The notes beneath the pieces were generated by a model. That model had not been told where the DNA came from. It was given only the letters and a program-made list of their open reading frames with translations, and made no database searches. The position numbers and the translations under genes were made by a program. Below, piece after piece: positions 1-10,644 of a stretch of DNA of 64,000 nt. The stretch lies in assembly GCA_964248365.1 (NCBI GenBank), contig CAXTYC010000014.1:54464-118463 (forward strand). The letters run 5' to 3'. How positions within the stretch are numbered: position 1 is the stretch's first letter; each line of letters begins with the position of its first letter. This DNA comes from an uncultured Chroococcidiopsis sp. (GTDB lineage Bacteria; Cyanobacteriota; Cyanobacteriia; Cyanobacteriales; Chroococcidiopsidaceae).

Positions 1-197
1 CCTGTTGTGCCTGTACCTGTTCCAATGCCACCAGTGCCTGTGCCTGTTGTGCCTGTTGTGCCTGTAGCGCCGCCTCCCCCTGTGCCACCCGAAGAACCGC
101 TTGTTTGAGCAGAAACTGACGTAGTTAAGGTCATAGTAGCTAAACTTAATGCAAAGCTACTAGCCCAAACAATTTTGGATAACTTAGAATTCTTCAT
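1..197 (-). CDS. Secreted Gly/Thr-rich protein (5' part only; possibly WGxxGxxG-CTERM family)
   Basis: ATG at 197 reads MKNSKLSKIVWASSFALSLATMTLTTSVSAQTSGSSGGTGGGG...; signal peptide followed by GT-rich repeats; runs off the window. Confidence 0.6.
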   Translation of the reverse strand, partial: MKNSKLSKIVWASSFALSLATMTLTTSVSAQTSGSSGGTGGGGATGTTGTTGTGTGGIGTGTGTT

Positions 198-653
198 ACT
201 TTTTGGTTCCTTTTATGTTTTAAACTCGTGATACTTCTTGAAGATTAAAAACTATACTGTTAATTTATGGAAATAGTAATTAGATAAATTTACAGTTTGT
301 GGTTGTCAACTTTTACCCATTACCAACTTAAAAATCTAAATTGAGCTTCTTGCGCTTCTCCTCGCTGTTCACATATTGAGTTAACTAGGTTCGTCAGTTG
401 GGACACGCAAAGCGAAAAGCCCTTACAGAAAACGTGTATTCCCTACATTTTTAAATCGCTTCTAGTAGAATAACTCCTACTTTCTTCATCAACTTCTACC
501 AAAAGAATAGACCCACTTCTACCCAAGGAATAAATTTGGTAGGAAGTGAGTCTGTGAACAAGAATACAATTTCTATCAATAGAGTGATTCTTGGTGGGAA
601 AAAAAAATTAGGAGGACAGACAAGCAAAAGGGAGTGGGGGGCATCGAACACTC

Positions 654-710
654 ATCAATTATCAATTATCAATGAACAATGCACAATTGATAATTGATAA
701 TTGATAATTG
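654..710. repeat. STRR heptamer tract (ATCAATT/AATTGAT, partly inverted)
   Basis: tcaattatcaattatcaatgaacaatgcacaattgataattgataattgataattg just after the ileS stop. Confidence 0.8.
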
Positions 711-712
711 AA

Positions 713-3700
713 TTAAAATTGTCCTGCCAGAGCTGGTATGCATCTTTCGCACAACAACGGATGTTCTGCTGATTCGCCAACGTGTACAGAGTAATTCCAG
801 CAGCGATCGCACTTCTTCCCATCTGCTGCAACCACACCGATTCCCAAAGCATCTGTAGTAACGCTATATTTTACTCCTGCCAAATCTGGAGAATCCAACA
901 GTTCTACTTGGGAGGTGATAAACAAGTATCTCAGTTCATCCACTTTGTTGTTAGAGGGGTTTGGGGCTTGGAACGGTCGGCTAGTATTAGTGATGTTTGT
1001 GGGATTAAGTGCTTGCAACTGCTGACGTAACTTGGGATCGCTGACGTAGAGCAAAACTTTGGCTTCTAAGGAAGAACCAATCATTTTCTCAGATCGTGCT
1101 TTCTCCAGCACTTTATTAACTTCGGTGCGAATAAATCGTAGCTGTTGCCAGACTTGGGCTAATTCTGGATGATGCCATTTTTGATCTAACTGTATCCAGC
1201 CAGATTCAAACACTGATTTGTAGCCAGTTTGGTAGGGGAGATATTGCCAGATGTCTTCAGCCATATGGCATAAAACAGGTGCGATCGCACGAGCTAAATT
1301 TTCCAATGCGATCGCCAGGATGGTTTGACAACTACGACGGCGGTAAGCATCTGGGGCGCTGATATATAACCGATCTTTGGCAATATCTAAATAAAAATTC
1401 GATAGATCCACCACGCAGAAATTCTGCACCGTTTGGAAAAACCGGAAAAACTGGAACTTTTCAAAAGCTCCGGTTACTTCGGTAAACACCTCACTCATCC
1501 GGTGCAACATATAGCGGTCAAGATCGGGTAGTTGTTCATAAGGTACAGCATCCTTACTTGGGTCAAAATCATGCAAATTCCCCAATAAGAAACGAGCAGT
1601 ATTACGAATTTTATTCCTCACATCCCCCATCTGCTTGAGGATGTTCTTGCTAATTGGCACATCCGAGGAATAATCTACCGATGACACCCACAAGCGCAAT
1701 ACATCAGCACCGTAGGGCGGCTCGTCTTTTTGATTTTTGCCTCCCTCAATTACAACCGCCGGATCGATGACATTTCCCAGCGATTTACTCATCTTGCGTC
1801 CTTGTTCGTCTAGGGTAAAGCCATGAGTCAAGACAGTTTTGTAGGGCGCAATTCCCTCAGTAGCAACGCTGGTAAGTAAACTAGACTGAAACCAACCCCG
1901 ATGTTGATCCGATCCTTCCAGGTACATATCTGCTGGGTAGGATAATTCTGGTCGCTGCTTTAGCACAGCTGCCCAAGATGAGCCTGAGTCAAACCAGACA
2001 TCCATCGTATCAGTGCCTTTGCGGTATGACCGACCATTGTGGCGATATTTTTCGGGTAATAACTCCTCTACCGACAGTTCCCACCAAGCATCCGACCCTT
2101 TTTGGGCGAATATTGCCTGTACATAAGCAATGGTTTCCTCCGAGAGCAACGGTGAGCCATTTTCTTCATCGTAGAAAACAGGAATTGGCACACCCCAGCT
2201 GCGCTGACGAGAAATACACCAGTCAGAACGTTCAGATACCATTGCCGTAATGCGGTTTTCGCCTTGGGCGGGAATCCAGTTAACAGATGCGATCGCTTTG
2301 AGTGCTTCCTCCCTAAATCCCTCTACCGAAGCAAACCACTGTTCTGTCGCCCGTAAAATCACAGGTTTTTTGGTACGCCAGTCGTAGGGATACTTGTGGA
2401 CATAGGGTTCTTCCTTCAGCAATGAACCCGCCTCATCCAAAGCTTGAATTACCGCTTGATTACCATCACCTAAAACATTCGCTCCGGCAAACTGTCCCGC
2501 CTCTGAGGTAAAATTTCCATCTGCATCTACAGGAGAAAAAATCGGTAAATCATAGCGTTGCCCGACCTGGTAGTCTTCCTGACCATGACCAGGAGCCGTG
2601 TGTACTAGGCCAGTACCGGACTCAGTAGTAACATAATCGCCCCCAATCACAATTGGACTTTCGCGCTCAAATAGGGGATGACCATAGGTAGAATGTTCTA
2701 GCTGTGAGCCTTTCACAGTAGCTTTTACACTCAACCCCGTACCTAGCGTTGCTGACAAACGCTCCACCAAATCCGCCGCCACAATTAGGTATTTAAAAGG
2801 GGCTAGGGGCTTTGGCGCAGGGGCTAGAGAAGAATTTTGCTCTACACTCTCCCCGGATGGGGGGCAACTCTGCTGGGGGGCAACTCTGCCTGACTCCTGA
2901 CTCCCTACTTCTACCACCGCGTAGTTAAGTTCTGGATTTACAGCCACTGCTAAGTTGGCGGGAATTGTCCAAGGTGTGGTTGTCCAGATAGCTACACCTA
3001 AATGGGGCAAAAATTGCTCCAACTGTTTCACCCCTGCTGCCAAACTTGTCATCGGGAAGGCAGCATACAAACTGCGCGAGGTGTGACCTTCAGGATACTC
3101 TAATTCTGCTTCAGCCAGGGCTGTTTTGGAGCTGGGACTCCAGTATACTGGCTTGAAACCGCGATAGATGTAGCCTTTCAAAACCATCTGCCCAAATACA
3201 CCAATTTGCGCCGCTTCATATTCCGGCTTCATGGTGAGATAAGGATGCTCCCAGTCTCCCCAGATTCCATAACGCTGAAAGCTTTGGCTTTGTTCCTGTA
3301 CCGCTTTGAGGGCAAAATCCCGCGCTTTGTGGCGGAGTCCCAGAGGCGTTAGCTGTTGCCGTTCGGCTTGTTTCATGCCTTGGATGACTTTAAGTTCAAT
3401 TGGTAAGCCGTGACAATCCCAGCCTGGGACATAACGCGCCTTGCGTCCTTGTAGTAATTGAAATCGGTTGATGATATCTTTGAGAATTTTATTCAGAGCA
3501 TGACCAATATGTAACGAACCATTGGCATAAGGAGGTCCGTCGTGTAGAACAAATATTTCGCCCTTATTGTTCTGCGACAGGCGCTCATAAATTTGATTTT
3601 CTACCCAAAACTTTTGGATTTCTGGCTCTCGCTTAGTAGCGTTTGCCCGCATATCAAAATTGGTTTTGGGTAAGTTTACAGTGTCTTTGTAAGAAACGGG

Positions 3701-3751
3701 CGGCGAGGTGTCCTCGCCGACATTAGTTTCGTAGCTTCCTGGTTCTGTCAC
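713..3751 (-). CDS. ileS: Isoleucine--tRNA ligase
   Basis: HIGH (LHIGH), GWDCHGLP, WTTTPWT, KMSKS and C-terminal CDRCW...CERC zinc finger. Confidence 0.98.
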   Translation of the reverse strand: MTEPGSYETNVGEDTSPPVSYKDTVNLPKTNFDMRANATKREPEIQKFWVENQIYERLSQNNKGEIFVLHDGPPYANGSLHIGHALNKILKDIINRFQLLQGRKARYVPGWDCHGLPIELKVIQGMKQAERQQLTPLGLRHKARDFALKAVQEQSQSFQRYGIWGDWEHPYLTMKPEYEAAQIGVFGQMVLKGYIYRGFKPVYWSPSSKTALAEAELEYPEGHTSRSLYAAFPMTSLAAGVKQLEQFLPHLGVAIWTTTPWTIPANLAVAVNPELNYAVVEVGSQESGRVAPQQSCPPSGESVEQNSSLAPAPKPLAPFKYLIVAADLVERLSATLGTGLSVKATVKGSQLEHSTYGHPLFERESPIVIGGDYVTTESGTGLVHTAPGHGQEDYQVGQRYDLPIFSPVDADGNFTSEAGQFAGANVLGDGNQAVIQALDEAGSLLKEEPYVHKYPYDWRTKKPVILRATEQWFASVEGFREEALKAIASVNWIPAQGENRITAMVSERSDWCISRQRSWGVPIPVFYDEENGSPLLSEETIAYVQAIFAQKGSDAWWELSVEELLPEKYRHNGRSYRKGTDTMDVWFDSGSSWAAVLKQRPELSYPADMYLEGSDQHRGWFQSSLLTSVATEGIAPYKTVLTHGFTLDEQGRKMSKSLGNVIDPAVVIEGGKNQKDEPPYGADVLRLWVSSVDYSSDVPISKNILKQMGDVRNKIRNTARFLLGNLHDFDPSKDAVPYEQLPDLDRYMLHRMSEVFTEVTGAFEKFQFFRFFQTVQNFCVVDLSNFYLDIAKDRLYISAPDAYRRRSCQTILAIALENLARAIAPVLCHMAEDIWQYLPYQTGYKSVFESGWIQLDQKWHHPELAQVWQQLRFIRTEVNKVLEKARSEKMIGSSLEAKVLLYVSDPKLRQQLQALNPTNITNTSRPFQAPNPSNNKVDELRYLFITSQVELLDSPDLAGVKYSVTTDALGIGVVAADGKKCDRCWNYSVHVGESAEHPLLCERCIPALAGQF

Positions 3752-3796
3752 AGTCTTGTCTGAATTAGGGGCAAGGTATGTTCAATCTATTATAAA

Positions 3797-3870
3797 AAGG
3801 GAGTAGGGAGTAGGGAGTAGGGGAAATACCAGTTACCAGTTACCAACTACCAACTACCAACTACCAACTA
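3797..3870. repeat. STRR tracts (GGGAGTA)n and (AACTACC/AGTTACC)n
   Basis: Tandem heptamers seen directly. Confidence 0.85.
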
Positions 3871-4800
3871 CCTATCGGTTTGCTCCCCATTATGGTCTGC
3901 TGTTTCTGGGGGGTGAGCTTCCTGATGCTTTTCTTGGGCATCTTCAATAGCAGCTTCTACTAGTTCGGGATCGGGTGGATGAGGTCTAACTAGTTCAGGT
4001 GTTTCGGCGGTCGTGTCTTGAGCTAGAGTATTTTCTACTGCCAATGCGATCGCTTCTTCTTCTGCCAAAATTGGCTCATTTTCCGCTTCGGGTGAGGAAA
4101 CAACGAATGCCCCCCCTTTCGGTGTCTGTGGTTGGACTGTAGTAGCCGTGTCTACTGGTTGTTCTGGTACAGCCGTGTCTACTGGTTGTTCTGGTACAGC
4201 CGTGTCTACTGGTTGTGGTGGGAGTGTAGCAGCCGTGTTTGCTGTCTGTTGTGGTATAGGGGTACGATGATCGATCACCTGTACCTTTGGAGCAATTTCA
4301 GTTACTTGGGGTGCGGGAACTTCACCCAAGCCAGTTGCCCCTGGTGCGGTTGCGCTAGAAGCGTCCCCAGTGGTTTGGCGCTTGCTACCGTCAGTGATTT
4401 GCTCTAACCGATCTTTCGCGGTGGTAGCACTACCACTGGCTGATTTGCCAAACCCAAAAAGCCTTTGTGGTAAAGAGAACTTAGATATTTGCTTCCCAAC
4501 AGTATTCTTGACTTGGGCGGAACTTGGCAAAAGGGTTTGCCCACTGCTTGGCGTGAGTTGACGACGTAATTGCAGTGTTTGCGTAACTGACCAACCTAAT
4601 AAAGCCACGCCAGCTACTTGACCTAACAACAAACCCCCAGTAATGCGCCCAGCACACACCCATAGAACTAAGGCGTAGAACAGACCCACTCCACTCCAAA
4701 TAAAATCAAACTTCCGATGGATTTCTGGGAAGAAGAAAGCAGCTAAGTATATGCCAAGGCTGCCCAGAGCAACAGCCAACGCTAGGATGTATGCCAGCAT
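3868..4800 (-). CDS. Ycf66 family membrane protein with low-complexity tail
   Basis: N-terminus MLAYILALAVALGS...FFFPEIHRKFDFIWSGVGLFYALVLW typical of the Ycf66 family; PVDTAVPEQ 27-bp repeats in the tail. Confidence 0.8.
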   Translation of the reverse strand: MLAYILALAVALGSLGIYLAAFFFPEIHRKFDFIWSGVGLFYALVLWVCAGRITGGLLLGQVAGVALLGWSVTQTLQLRRQLTPSSGQTLLPSSAQVKNTVGKQISKFSLPQRLFGFGKSASGSATTAKDRLEQITDGSKRQTTGDASSATAPGATGLGEVPAPQVTEIAPKVQVIDHRTPIPQQTANTAATLPPQPVDTAVPEQPVDTAVPEQPVDTATTVQPQTPKGGAFVVSSPEAENEPILAEEEAIALAVENTLAQDTTAETPELVRPHPPDPELVEAAIEDAQEKHQEAHPPETADHNGEQTDR

Positions 4801-5303
4801 TTCGTAGGGACTCCTTAATGTATCTAAGGACTATAGCAACCCTGAATGATTCGTGAAATCTTCCATTGTGACTGTACGAGTGTTATTTGTCCTTTGTACG
4901 AGTGTCCGAGTGTCCGAGTGTTCTTAAGCTGTGAAACATCTAAGAAAGCTCCTACGCGCGAGAGGGGGAATCAGGGGAGAGGGGGAGAGAGATTTACGCT
5001 TTTCCCCCTCGATGAAAATATGCAATTTAACTGTGCATCAGCTTAACAAATGACTCTTGACTCAAAGGCGATTCTGTCTTGTGTATTTCATGACTCAAAT
5101 GGGATTGCTCTAGCTCTCTTTCCATTTTGCAAGAGAATTGTTGATTGAAATACAAATTAAAAATAAATAGCTGTTTATAACTAGTTGTAATTCTCAAAAG
5201 AAGTCTTAATCTCTTTTTTACGGGTGAAATTGAATCTTTCGAGCTACCCTGAAGGGGAATCGAACCGTGCTTCATAGTAGTGCAACAGTTAGCAAAGAAT
5301 CTT

Positions 5304-6800
5304 ATGGCACAACAAAGCTTTGGTGTGATTGGGTTAGCGGTAATGGGTGAAAACCTTGCCCTAAATGTCGAGCGCAATGGTTTCCCAATCTCAGTTTACA
5401 ATCGCACTCCAGAAAAAACCGATGCCTTTATGGCTGAGCGAGCGCAGGGCAAGAATGTTAAAGCTACTTATTCGATTGAGGAATTTGTTAAATCCTTAGA
5501 GCGCCCCCGCAAAATGTTGATTATGGTCAAAGCTGGAGCGCCAGTAGATGCAGTGATTAACCAGCTTAAACCCTTACTAGATGAGGGCGACATCATTATT
5601 GACGGTGGTAACTCCTTGTATGAGGATACCGCTCGTCGCACCCGTGAATTAGAGCCATCTGGCTTCAGATTTATCGGCATGGGTGTCAGTGGTGGCGAAG
5701 AAGGGGCGCTCAATGGTCCATCGCTGATGCCAGGCGGCACGAAAAGCTCCTACGAATATTTGGAGCCAATTTTTACTAAGATTGCGGCTCAGGTAGAAGA
5801 TGGTCCTTGTGTCACCTACATTGGTCCTGGTGGTGCAGGCCATTACGTCAAAATGGTACACAACGGCATTGAGTACGGCGATATGCAGCTAATCGCTGAG
5901 GCTTATGACCTACTTAAAAACGGTTTGGGGCTAGAGCATAATCAGCTACACGAAATTTTTGCCGAATGGAATACCACCGATGAACTTAATTCCTTTTTGA
6001 TTGAGATTACAGCGGATATCTTCACCTACATTGACCCAGATACTAATCAGCCCCTAGTCGATAAGATTCTAGATGCTGCTGGGCAAAAAGGCACTGGGCG
6101 CTGGACGGTGCAAAGTGCCTTAGAGTTGGGTGTGTGTATCCCCACAATCACAGCAGCAGTAAATGCTCGGATTATGTCTTCTTTCAAAAAAGAGCGGGTG
6201 GCAGCATCCAAAATTCTGACTGGTCCTACTGGGACTTATGAGGGAGACAAGCAAGCTTTTATCAACATGATTCGGGATGCTCTTTATTGCTCGAAAATCT
6301 GTTCCTACGCTCAGGGAATGGCGCTATTGGCTGCGGCATCAAAAGAGTATTGCTATAATCTCAATTTGAGTGAAATGGCAAGGATTTGGAAGGGTGGATG
6401 CATTATCCGAGCAGGATTTTTGGGTAAAATCCAATCTGCTTTTATAGAAAATCCCAATCTGCCGAACTTGCTGTTAGCCCCTGAGTTTAAGCAGACAATT
6501 TTAGACAGACAAACAGCTTGGCGCGAAGCATTGGCAGCAGCTGCGCGGCTAGGTATCCCAGTACCAGCGTTTAGCGCGTCGTTGGATTACTTTGATAGCT
6601 ATCGACGCGATCGCTTGCCTCAAAACCTCACCCAAGCACAGCGCGACTACTTCGGAGCGCATACCTACGAGCGTGTTGACAAGGAAGGCTTCTTCCATAC
6701 CGAATGGACACAGATTTCGGAACAGTCTGTGCAAACTTCAACTCCTCAACCACTGCAAGCCGAACAACCAACCATGCCGCAGCCTACTACGAAGTTGTAG
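5304..6800 (+). CDS. gnd: NADP-dependent 6-phosphogluconate dehydrogenase
   Basis: [38 protein letters not shown]; start taken as ATG of MAQQSFG. Confidence 0.97.
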   Translation: MAQQSFGVIGLAVMGENLALNVERNGFPISVYNRTPEKTDAFMAERAQGKNVKATYSIEEFVKSLERPRKMLIMVKAGAPVDAVINQLKPLLDEGDIIIDGGNSLYEDTARRTRELEPSGFRFIGMGVSGGEEGALNGPSLMPGGTKSSYEYLEPIFTKIAAQVEDGPCVTYIGPGGAGHYVKMVHNGIEYGDMQLIAEAYDLLKNGLGLEHNQLHEIFAEWNTTDELNSFLIEITADIFTYIDPDTNQPLVDKILDAAGQKGTGRWTVQSALELGVCIPTITAAVNARIMSSFKKERVAASKILTGPTGTYEGDKQAFINMIRDALYCSKICSYAQGMALLAAASKEYCYNLNLSEMARIWKGGCIIRAGFLGKIQSAFIENPNLPNLLLAPEFKQTILDRQTAWREALAAAARLGIPVPAFSASLDYFDSYRRDRLPQNLTQAQRDYFGAHTYERVDKEGFFHTEWTQISEQSVQTSTPQPLQAEQPTMPQPTTKL

Positions 6801-6917
6801 GGGCTAGGGGCTAGGGGCTAGGGGCTAGAAAAAAGGGTAAAGGGTAAAGAGGTATTGCGGTAATTTCCCCTGATTCCCCCTCTCCCCTGATTCCCCCTCT
6901 CCCCTCACCCCTCGCCT

Positions 6918-7805
6918 CTAATCTGGAAAAGCTAACATTTGTAAAATTTTGGTGGCATTATCTAAATCACCGACAAGTCTTCGCGTTGGCGATGGCGATA
7001 CCTTAACCAAGGTTGGTGTAGCTGAAACAGAATCTGCTTCTGCTTGCTCTGGGTGCTTGAAAACATCCACAACTTTCAGCGTGTAAGGATGAGGAAGAGA
7101 TTGCTCTAATATTTGGTGTAAAGTTTGCAAAATCCGCTCTGTGTTGGCAGTATGCCCTGCCACAAATAAGCGGAGAACATAATTCAACTTTTCTGGTTGT
7201 TGATGCTCTTTAGGCTGTGGTGAGTTGCAATCTACTTCATCGGGCAACTCGTGACTGGGAGTTTGTGTATCCCCTTGGCGTAGCTTTTGTTCCTCCAGTG
7301 GGCTAGAAAGATGTAACTGTGTTTTTAGCAAATAATTTTCTACTAAATCGGACTTGTGCTTGAGCCGTGTTTTGCTCGTTGAATGCGAGTAACGTACAAT
7401 TAAATCGTGATCTTCCCAAAGTTGCCCAAATAAAGAACGATAAGTCGCCAGCGCGATCGGATCGCAAGAACCTTCAAACCACGAAGCTGCTTGCCAAACT
7501 AATTCCCCTGTTTCAAAAACTGCGTTCAGCAAAGCCTGATGGCGTAGTACCAATGGATAAGCTTCAGCATATGTTTGTACTTGTCCAGTACGTGGATTTA
7601 ACGTGCGATCAATCGTCGCGGTGAAGCAAGGAACCAAAAAGTGAGGCGGTTCTGGTAGGTCAAGAATTTCCTGTAGCCCAATGCATAAATGTAAATGCCA
7701 ACGTTCTTGCTTTGTAGGATCGATGCAGTAAATTAAATCTTCCCCTGGTGTAAAAAGGGCAATACCTTTGAATAGTTTGGGTAAAACTGATTTAGCTTGA
7801 CTCAT
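6918..7805 (-). CDS. KaiB-domain protein with long N-terminal domain
   Basis: C-terminal YVLRLFVAG...YTLKVVDV...ATPTLVK KaiB-like domain. Confidence 0.8.
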   Translation of the reverse strand: MSQAKSVLPKLFKGIALFTPGEDLIYCIDPTKQERWHLHLCIGLQEILDLPEPPHFLVPCFTATIDRTLNPRTGQVQTYAEAYPLVLRHQALLNAVFETGELVWQAASWFEGSCDPIALATYRSLFGQLWEDHDLIVRYSHSTSKTRLKHKSDLVENYLLKTQLHLSSPLEEQKLRQGDTQTPSHELPDEVDCNSPQPKEHQQPEKLNYVLRLFVAGHTANTERILQTLHQILEQSLPHPYTLKVVDVFKHPEQAEADSVSATPTLVKVSPSPTRRLVGDLDNATKILQMLAFPD

Positions 7806-7956
7806 TTAAAGAAGTGAGGAGCGCGCGGTAAGGGGCAGAGGAGCCACTTGCGTGCGGGGGGAACCCCCGCAGGGGCAAAGTGGCGTGGGCAGAGGGGTTC
7901 CAGGGGCAGAGGGGATAATCATCAATTTCCCTTTACCCTTTTCCCTTGCCCCTTCT

Positions 7957-9255
7957 TCAAACGCGCCCTCGCAGCATCATCGCCATCTCATTTGGCTTGG
8001 GCGCTGCCTCTAGGGCTGTTTCTTCAGTAATCAGTCCCTCTTCATAGAGATGGTAGAGCGATTGATTCATTGTACACATACCCTCAAAGCTACAGCGGGG
8101 AATGATTGCCTCAATTTCATCGACCTGATTACGTATAATGTAATCTTTAATTGCATCTGTATTAATCATAATTTCGTGAGCTGCTGCTCGTTTGCTGTCG
8201 GTCGTGCGTACCAAAGTTTGGGCAATTACACCCACCAGTGATTCAGCTACCTGAATCCGCATTGGTCCTTGCTCTTCTGGGTTATAAAGGTTTAAAATCC
8301 TTTCAATGGTTTTGACGGCGCTGTTAGTGTGCAAAGTACCAAAGACCAAGTGACCAGTTTGAGCGGCTTTGAGGGCTGTGTTAACAGTTTCACGATCGCG
8401 CATTTCCCCAATTAGAATAATGTCTGGATCTTCGCGCAGCGACGCTTTCAAGGCGTTGTCAAATTTCAACGTGTGGATACCTACTTCGCGCTGCTTAATC
8501 AGCGATTTTTGACTTCTATGCACAAATTCGATTGGATCTTCAATCGAGATAATGTGCTTAGGCATCGTTTTATTGATGTAGTCAATCATCGCCGCCATAG
8601 TTGTCGATTTACCAGAACCAGTAGGTCCAGTCACTAAAATCAACCCTTTATGGTAGTGACACAGTTCCCGAAATACCGACGGCAAATTTAGTTGTTCCAT
8701 TGTGAGAATTTTCAACGGAATCAACCGCAATACCATTGCTGGACCATTGAGTGCCACAAAAATATTAATCCGTACCCGCACTAACCCTTCATACTGTGTT
8801 GCTCCGTCGAATTCTAAATCCTCTTTAAACTGCTCAATTTGTTGCAGGGTGAGAACTTCCCTTAACCAGGAAAAAAAGGTAGCTTCGGTAATTTCTGGAT
8901 AATCTGTATGAATAATTTGACCGCGTTCACGAAAGCGAGGTACTTCACCGACTCCTAAGTGTAAGTCAGAAATTCCTTTGTCATAAGCCTCGCGCACTAG
9001 CTGCTCTAAGGTTAGTGAACTATTGCTAGAACTGGGGCGCACAGAACTGGGCATCGGCTGCGCAGTGGAGAGGCGAGGGCTAGTAGCTGGTAATGGCGGC
9101 GGTTCTATTGCCTGAGATTTGCTAGCCATCTGCTGCACACTCGTAACTCTTACTACCGTATCCTGATCAGACATCTGCCTTGGTGGTGGCGGTGGCATAG
9201 GGGGAACGCGGTTGGAGGGCGGTGGTGAAATTGACGTGCGCTGTGGTTCTGTCAT
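7957..9255 (-). CDS. pilT: PilT/PilU-family type IV pilus ATPase (PilT2-like, Pro-rich N-terminus)
   Basis: GPTGSGKST Walker A, EDPIE, LREDPD, GEMRD, TGHLVFGTLH; ATG at 9255 preferred. Confidence 0.9.
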   Translation of the reverse strand: MTEPQRTSISPPPSNRVPPMPPPPPRQMSDQDTVVRVTSVQQMASKSQAIEPPPLPATSPRLSTAQPMPSSVRPSSSNSSLTLEQLVREAYDKGISDLHLGVGEVPRFRERGQIIHTDYPEITEATFFSWLREVLTLQQIEQFKEDLEFDGATQYEGLVRVRINIFVALNGPAMVLRLIPLKILTMEQLNLPSVFRELCHYHKGLILVTGPTGSGKSTTMAAMIDYINKTMPKHIISIEDPIEFVHRSQKSLIKQREVGIHTLKFDNALKASLREDPDIILIGEMRDRETVNTALKAAQTGHLVFGTLHTNSAVKTIERILNLYNPEEQGPMRIQVAESLVGVIAQTLVRTTDSKRAAAHEIMINTDAIKDYIIRNQVDEIEAIIPRCSFEGMCTMNQSLYHLYEEGLITEETALEAAPKPNEMAMMLRGRV

Positions 9256-9852
9256 GTATTTACAATTTTTATGCAATGGCTGTGTAGATGCCGCCACCTT
9301 TGAGCTTTTGACAGATAGCTACTAGCGATTAAGCGCAATCGTCTGATTAATCATCTAGACATTCTTAGCGCGAGCCTGCTTTAAAGCAAATGCCAGCTAA
9401 ACTTGATCAGCTTCTACATATTTAGTTTTCCCAAGCTGTTGCTGTGTGTAACATAAAGGTCGCAAATCAGTTACCAGTTACCAACTACCCACTACCAACT
9501 ACCCACTACCAATACCGATTTTCAGCCATCAGCCTGATTGTGCGATCGCATCAGTTCATCAATTTTCCCCAACCCGTTTTTATTTTTATTTAATAATTCC
9601 GAAATAAATCAGCCCTTATAACATTCAGTTTTCTTCGCTATTGACCGAGTGAATTATGAGAGCAAGCAGTGGAAGTTATAAGAAATATTAAGTACGCCCA
9701 GCGTAGATAAATTGAGCTTTAGCCCAATAACATAGCAATTGCAGGAACTGTTAGGGGATCAAAAAGGAAATGCCGAGATCATAGGGCTTTGCGACTCTCT
9801 ACCTAAAGATAGAGGCATAGTTGTTAAACACATTTCAGCCAATTCTTATTTA

Positions 9853-9866
9853 GTATTCATGAATAC
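9853..9866. promoter_or_regulatory. Possible NtcA-type box
   Basis: Perfect palindrome GTATTCATGAATAC (GTA-N8-TAC) in the divergent intergenic region; no properly spaced TAN3T found. Confidence 0.3.
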
Positions 9867-10012
9867 AAATTATTAACTGTTAAGTTTATTAAATATCCGA
9901 TCATTTAATCAAGTTATATCTGTATACTTAATTTCAATAAGGTTGACTAGCGTGGACTAGTCCTACAGAATTTTACCAATCTCAATTTTTTTATTACCCT
10001 TGGAGGGGAATT

Positions 10013-10384
10013 ATGGCTTTAGCACCAAGCTCTAGTTTTGGAAAATCTGCTTCTTTGTTCATGCTCAAAAGCTTTTTGATCTGGACTTTCACACTGGCAG
10101 TTTGCTTGTTAGTAGTTGGTTTTCCGTTAGTTGTTTTAATGGCTACAGTAGCCTTTTTGCTGTCAATAGTTCTACAGTCAGTCATGCCAGTAAGCGCCGT
10201 TTTGTTGGTAGCAGGAAGCATAATTGCATTAAACGTATTGGCAGTAATTTTAGGTGCTGGTTTGTTAACTTTCAAAGGCGTTCATCCCCAAGAAGTGAGA
10301 TGGTTAAGCTGGCTGCATGGAGAGGCAGATGAGATTCAAAGTTCCGTCTACGCAGCTTGTCCGTTAACTTGTGATCTAAAGTAA
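10013..10384 (+). CDS. Small membrane protein of unknown function
   Basis: GGAGG RBS, hydrophobic helices, C-terminal ACPLTC, followed by a terminator. Confidence 0.75.
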   Translation: MALAPSSSFGKSASLFMLKSFLIWTFTLAVCLLVVGFPLVVLMATVAFLLSIVLQSVMPVSAVLLVAGSIIALNVLAVILGAGLLTFKGVHPQEVRWLSWLHGEADEIQSSVYAACPLTCDLK

Positions 10385-10447
10385 TAACGGAAGCTGAGTC
10401 AATGGAAATCTAACATAAGGTACGATTTTCATAGAATCAGTGCATCT

Positions 10448-10472
10448 GCCCGGTTAAAGCCGGGTTTTTTCA
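10448..10472 (+). terminator. Rho-independent terminator
   Basis: CCCGG-ttaaag-CCGGG hairpin followed by a T-run. Confidence 0.75.
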
Positions 10473-10644
10473 TTTTTTAGCTATTAGCAATTAGCTTTTA
10501 GTGATTGGCAAATGATTGACGCGCCCTCATGTTAAACATTCCAAAAGCTAGCTTCAAAGAGGATATACTAACAGCGCGCTTTACTAACAGCTAACAGCTA
10601 ACAGCGTTCTCGCAACAGCTAACCGCTAACTGATAATTGATTCA

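Noticed and set aside
655..852. 65-aa ORF and the other short ORFs overlapping ileS, gnd, pilT, ruvB, ggt, ndhF3 etc.
   Set aside because: Shadow frames of real genes or translations of STRR tracts (e.g. INYQLSIVHCSL).
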